Shown here one piece after another: positions 18,536-20,444 of a stretch of DNA of 20,444 bases. Source of the stretch: a virus; the IMG/VR virus record IMGVR_UViG_3300045988_163304, positions 128,001-148,444 of that record. One strand, written 5' to 3'. The notes under the pieces were generated by a model. That model made no database searches. It saw nothing but the letters and a program-made list of their open reading frames with translations, and was not told where the DNA came from. The translations under genes were made by a program, and so were the position numbers. Each line of letters opens with the position of its first letter. The stretch's first letter is position 1.

Positions 18536-18675
18536 GCTGTTGGATGCCGAACACGGACGCCGCGCCCCTAACTTCACCACGTTAAAGTGTTAAAGAAAAA
18601 AAATCGCAAATCCGATTGTTAAAATAATCACAATCTCTGTCCCGAAAATAAGTAGGTTATTTTTGAAAAAACCCC

Positions 18676-18704
18676 TTGACAAATTGCCCCAAGTGTGCTA
18701 CAAT
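18676..18704 (+). promoter_or_regulatory. promoter TTGACA-17-TGTGCTACAAT with upstream TTTTTGAAAAAA A-tract
   Basis: -35 at 18676-18681, -10 TACAAT at 18699-18704 with TG at -15/-14. Paralogous to the promoter at 20369-20397. Confidence 0.6.
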
Positions 18705-18734
18705 GATTACAGTAAAACAAAGGAGGATGATACA

Positions 18735-18971
18735 ATGTCTAACATCTATGGAGTCTGCTACACCACCAAAGAGCCTGTTGTTTACAACAGAGGGACACAG
18801 TGGGAAAAAACCTGTTCTGATTTTCTGTTCGTTCAGGCACGCAAGGATAATGGCACGGAGCTGGTGGACAAGCTGAACGCCCTGCTTGCTGAGGGTGTGG
18901 AAAAGTACGAACTGCTGGACTTGACCAAGATTGACCATTTCTATCTTGCTCAGTCTGAGGAAATGTATTAA
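18735..18971 (+). CDS. small hypothetical protein, 78 aa
   Basis: AGGAGG plus 8 nt then ATG 18735. Reads MSNIYGVCYTTKEPVVYNRGTQWEKTCSDFLFVQARKDNGTELVDKLNALLAEGVEKYELLDLTKIDHFYLAQSEEMY. TAA stop. GC-rich codon usage. Confidence 0.6.
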   Translation: MSNIYGVCYTTKEPVVYNRGTQWEKTCSDFLFVQARKDNGTELVDKLNALLAEGVEKYELLDLTKIDHFYLAQSEEMY

Positions 18972-18984
18972 GGAGGAAATGACT

Positions 18985-19173
18985 ATGACACGCACTATCG
19001 CTAATACCTACATCTGCATCAACGCCGAGGGACAGACGCTCTCCATCATCGCCCGCACGGGCAACGAAGCCCACAACATTGCAATAGGGTTTCTACGGAA
19101 AGCCAACATCGTGAGCGTTCGCCGTGTGTTCAAGTCCGGCAAGCTGGGCAAGGAAATTCTGAAAATCAAATAA
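18985..19173 (+). CDS. small hypothetical protein, 62 aa (second gene of a two-gene operon)
   Basis: AAGGAGGA plus 8 nt then ATG 18985 (an alternative ATG is at 18979). Reads MTRTIANTYICINAEGQTLSIIARTGNEAHNIAIGFLRKANIVSVRRVFKSGKLGKEILKIK. TAA stop, then a terminator. Confidence 0.6.
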   Translation: MTRTIANTYICINAEGQTLSIIARTGNEAHNIAIGFLRKANIVSVRRVFKSGKLGKEILKIK

Positions 19174-19179
19174 AATAAA

Positions 19180-19203
19180 CAGGGCGCAAGCCCTGTTTTT
19201 TTT
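19180..19203 (+). terminator. rho-independent terminator CAGGGC-GCAA-GCCCTG plus T8
   Basis: 6-bp perfect stem with a GNRA tetraloop and a U-run. Confidence 0.8.
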
Positions 19204-19213
19204 GAAAAAACTA

Positions 19214-19242
19214 TTGACAAACATAAATAAGCGTGTTATAAT
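19214..19242 (+). promoter_or_regulatory. promoter TTGACA-17-TGtTATAAT with upstream TTTTTTTGAAAAAA
   Basis: -35 at 19214-19219, -10 at 19237-19242. Near-duplicate of the promoter at 20041-20069. Confidence 0.65.
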
Positions 19243-19274
19243 AAATACAGAAATTAAGAAATGAGGTACACGAA

Positions 19275-19463
19275 ATGAAAAACATCTATGAAATCGAGAA
19301 CATCATCGACGAAATTCCCGCTGATGATTGGGCTGGCATTTGTAATCTGATGGACTACTACTATCAGTCGAATTTCTCCGCTGATGCTGAGCAGAGACTG
19401 GCAAGAGCAATCGCGCCTTACGGTTTAACCACAGAGGAAATCCTGACTTGGGACGCTGAGTAA
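19275..19463 (+). CDS. small acidic hypothetical protein, 62 aa
   Basis: Track ORF. Ribosome-binding site GAAATGAGGT. TAA stop lies in the terminator loop. Confidence 0.6.
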   Translation: MKNIYEIENIIDEIPADDWAGICNLMDYYYQSNFSADAEQRLARAIAPYGLTTEEILTWDAE

Positions 19464-19478
19464 GCGTCCTTTATTTTT
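19451..19478 (+). terminator. rho-independent terminator GGACGC-TGAGTAA-GCGTCC plus TTTATTTTT
   Basis: 6-bp stem. The loop contains the stop codon of 19275..19463. Confidence 0.65.
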
Positions 19479-19631
19479 ACTACTGGATTGTTAAAACTTT
19501 AACGAGCATCGTCGCGCCCATCAAGCACGTGGCGCCCCGAAATATTATACCACAGCAGTCCACCAGTTGTCAAGAGAAAAATGCGAAAATTTCGCACAAA
19601 ATTTGCTATCCCGATTTGTATAGTTTGCCAA

Positions 19632-19660
19632 TAGACAAAATGAAATAAGCATGTTATAAT
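19632..19660 (+). promoter_or_regulatory. promoter TAGACA-17-TGtTATAAT
   Basis: -35 at 19632-19637, -10 at 19655-19660. Paralogous to the promoter at 17669. Preceded by the 9th palindrome (19486-19506) and a perfect inverted repeat TGCGAAAATTTCGCA (19581-19595). Confidence 0.55.
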
Positions 19661-19692
19661 GAATACAACAAAACAACAAAGGAGATACAAAG

Positions 19693-20001
19693 ATGATTAA
19701 CATTCGTTCTATCCGCAAACTGGGTGAAAATGATGGGCTGACGCTCAAAATGGGCAAAAAGGTAAACTATAAATCCGGCTGGCAGGTTGCCACAGAGGGC
19801 GTGGAATGTAAGACCGCACAGGAAGCCATTGACGCGGTGAGAGACTATGGCGGAAATTGCGGCGTATGGTTCAGCGAGGGCATTTATTACATCGACAAAA
19901 GCAAGCGCGTGGCGACAAAGCGTGAAGCTATGGAAATCGGCAAAGCGTGTAATCAAATTTCCGTGCTGAAATGGGCGACTATGACGCTTGCATACTGCTA
20001 A
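19693..20001 (+). CDS. hypothetical protein, 102 aa
   Basis: Track ORF. GGAGAT ribosome-binding site. TAA stop, then a terminator. Confidence 0.65.
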   Translation: MINIRSIRKLGENDGLTLKMGKKVNYKSGWQVATEGVECKTAQEAIDAVRDYGGNCGVWFSEGIYYIDKSKRVATKREAMEIGKACNQISVLKWATMTLAYC

Positions 20002-20006
20002 AATAA

Positions 20007-20030
20007 TAGGGCGAAAGCCCTATTTTTTTT
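20007..20030 (+). terminator. rho-independent terminator TAGGGC-GAAA-GCCCTA plus T8
   Basis: 6-bp stem, GAAA tetraloop, U-run. Confidence 0.8.
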
Positions 20031-20040
20031 GAAAAAAGTA

Positions 20041-20069
20041 TTGACAAACCGCTTTTAACCTGCTATAAT
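20041..20069 (+). promoter_or_regulatory. promoter TTGACA-17-TGcTATAAT with upstream TTTTTTTTGAAAAAA
   Basis: -35 at 20041-20046, -10 at 20064-20069. Confidence 0.65.
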
Positions 20070-20099
20070 TAAACCATCAAAAGAGAGGAGCTAAAAGCT

Positions 20100-20291
20100 A
20101 TGACAAACTTTGAACAGTATTTCGAGAAACTGATGGGGATGAAGAAAGCGGAAATCATCAATGAGGGCATCACTTGGGGCTTCTGGGCGAACACCGAGGG
20201 CAACAAAGCCGAGCTGATGAAATGGAAAAAAGTGCTGCTGGCGCGTTCCCTCGCCGATAGGCTGGAAAGACTGGAAAGGCGGGGCTACTAA
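20100..20291 (+). CDS. small hypothetical protein, 63 aa
   Basis: Track ORF. Ribosome-binding site GAGAGGAG. TAA stop. Confidence 0.6.
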   Translation: MTNFEQYFEKLMGMKKAEIINEGITWGFWANTEGNKAELMKWKKVLLARSLADRLERLERRGY

Positions 20292-20293
20292 GA

Positions 20294-20318
20294 CAAGGGC
20301 GAAAGCCCTTGTTTTTTT
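20294..20318 (+). terminator. rho-independent terminator CAAGGGC-GAAA-GCCCTTG plus T7
   Basis: 7-bp stem, GAAA loop, U-run. Confidence 0.8.
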
Positions 20319-20368
20319 ATATGGCATTATGCCCATAATTCGGTTGAAAATTTTGGTCATTTTGCCTA

Positions 20369-20397
20369 TTGACATCCTGCCCCATTTGTGCTATACT
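20369..20397 (+). promoter_or_regulatory. promoter TTGACA-17-TGcTATACT
   Basis: -35 at 20369-20374, -10 at 20392-20397. Shares the CTGCCCCA-N-TGTGCTA spacer motif with the promoter at 18676. Confidence 0.55.
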
Positions 20398-20401
20398 CGG
20401 T

Positions 20402-20426
20402 CGCGCGCCCACGGCCCTGGCGCGCG
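20402..20426 (+). other. GC hairpin at predicted transcript 5' end (GCGCGCC-N9-GGCGCGC)
   Basis: Stem at 20403-20409 pairs with 20419-20425, directly after the predicted start site. The downstream gene is beyond the window. Confidence 0.4.
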
Positions 20427-20444
20427 AAATTTACCATTATACCA

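Larger units (their letters stand above)
17839..18635. repeat. array of 8 palindromic sites, consensus GATTGTTAAA-N(2-4)-TTTAACAATC (a 9th copy is at 19486-19506)
   Basis: Copies at 17841-17862, 17869-17890 and 17897-17918 (these three form a 28-bp tandem repeat, each followed by TGTAGC), plus 18034-18057, 18353-18374, 18467-18488, 18514-18535 and 18614-18635. Variant half-sites are ATTGTGAA and TTCACAAT. No plausible ORF in the region. Confidence 0.8.

Noticed and set aside
17343-20375. Minus-strand and overlapping plus-strand ORFs in the GC-rich module (17343..17540, 17512..17733, 17593..17865, 18040..18324, 18197..18580, 18657..18995, 18676..18876, 18739..19074, 19008..19220, 19499..19690, 19545..19757, 19654..19956, 20091..20375)
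   Set aside because: They span promoters, terminators and the palindrome array, or are antisense to cassette genes that have proper promoter, ribosome-binding site and terminator context. The track ORFs 18663..18971 and 18931..19173 are the real genes with over-extended alternative starts.
1-20444. CRISPR arrays, rRNA, integrase or transposase genes
   Set aside because: No regularly spaced direct repeats with unique spacers. No long conserved rRNA-like segments. No ORF with recombinase or transposase features was seen in my translations.

Overview
The window has two very different parts. Positions 1-17.4 kb are strongly AT-rich tailed-phage DNA. A tightly packed minus-strand block runs from a late-promoter region (about 15.45 kb) down to position 1 in this order: unknown 354-aa protein, TerS-like zinc-ribbon/acidic protein, terminase large subunit, small PD-(D/E)XK endonuclease-like gene, portal-like protein, an intergenic repeat region, protease/scaffold-like fusion, unknown 311-aa protein, major-capsid-like protein, a terminator, several small head/tail-completion-like genes, a 370-aa abundant structural protein, a terminator, and one partial gene. 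A divergent pair of consensus sigma-A-type promoters at 15.44-15.58 kb also drives a plus-strand cluster of small genes at 15.6-17.34 kb: membrane proteins, an AbrB/SpoVT-type regulator, an AT-hook protein and a tiny hydrophobic peptide. The main observation is that almost every gene in the AT-rich part has in-frame TAG codons (about 50 that I traced by hand) inside clearly continuous, conserved-looking proteins, while TAA and TGA end genes. This phage therefore reads TAG as a sense codon, most likely Gln (genetic code 15). The ORF track therefore shows these genes as fragments, and I joined the fragments manually. Positions 17.45-20.44 kb switch abruptly to roughly 50% GC with E. coli/Bacillus-like codon usage. 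This part holds six monocistronic or bicistronic cassettes, each with a TTGACA-17-TGnTATAAT promoter (only TAGACA at the -35 of two), an AGGAGG ribosome-binding site, a 31-102 aa ORF with a TAA stop (the first, 31-aa ORF ends in TGA instead), and a GNRA-tetraloop terminator; the promoters form three paralogous pairs. Just upstream is an 800-bp non-coding region with nine copies of a 20-24 bp palindrome (GATTGTTAAA-N-TTTAACAATC), mirror-image strand skew around a perfect palindrome, and a G-quadruplex motif. This could be an operator, centromere or origin hub. I found no tRNA, rRNA or CRISPR array. Manually derived coordinates may be off by 1-2 nt.
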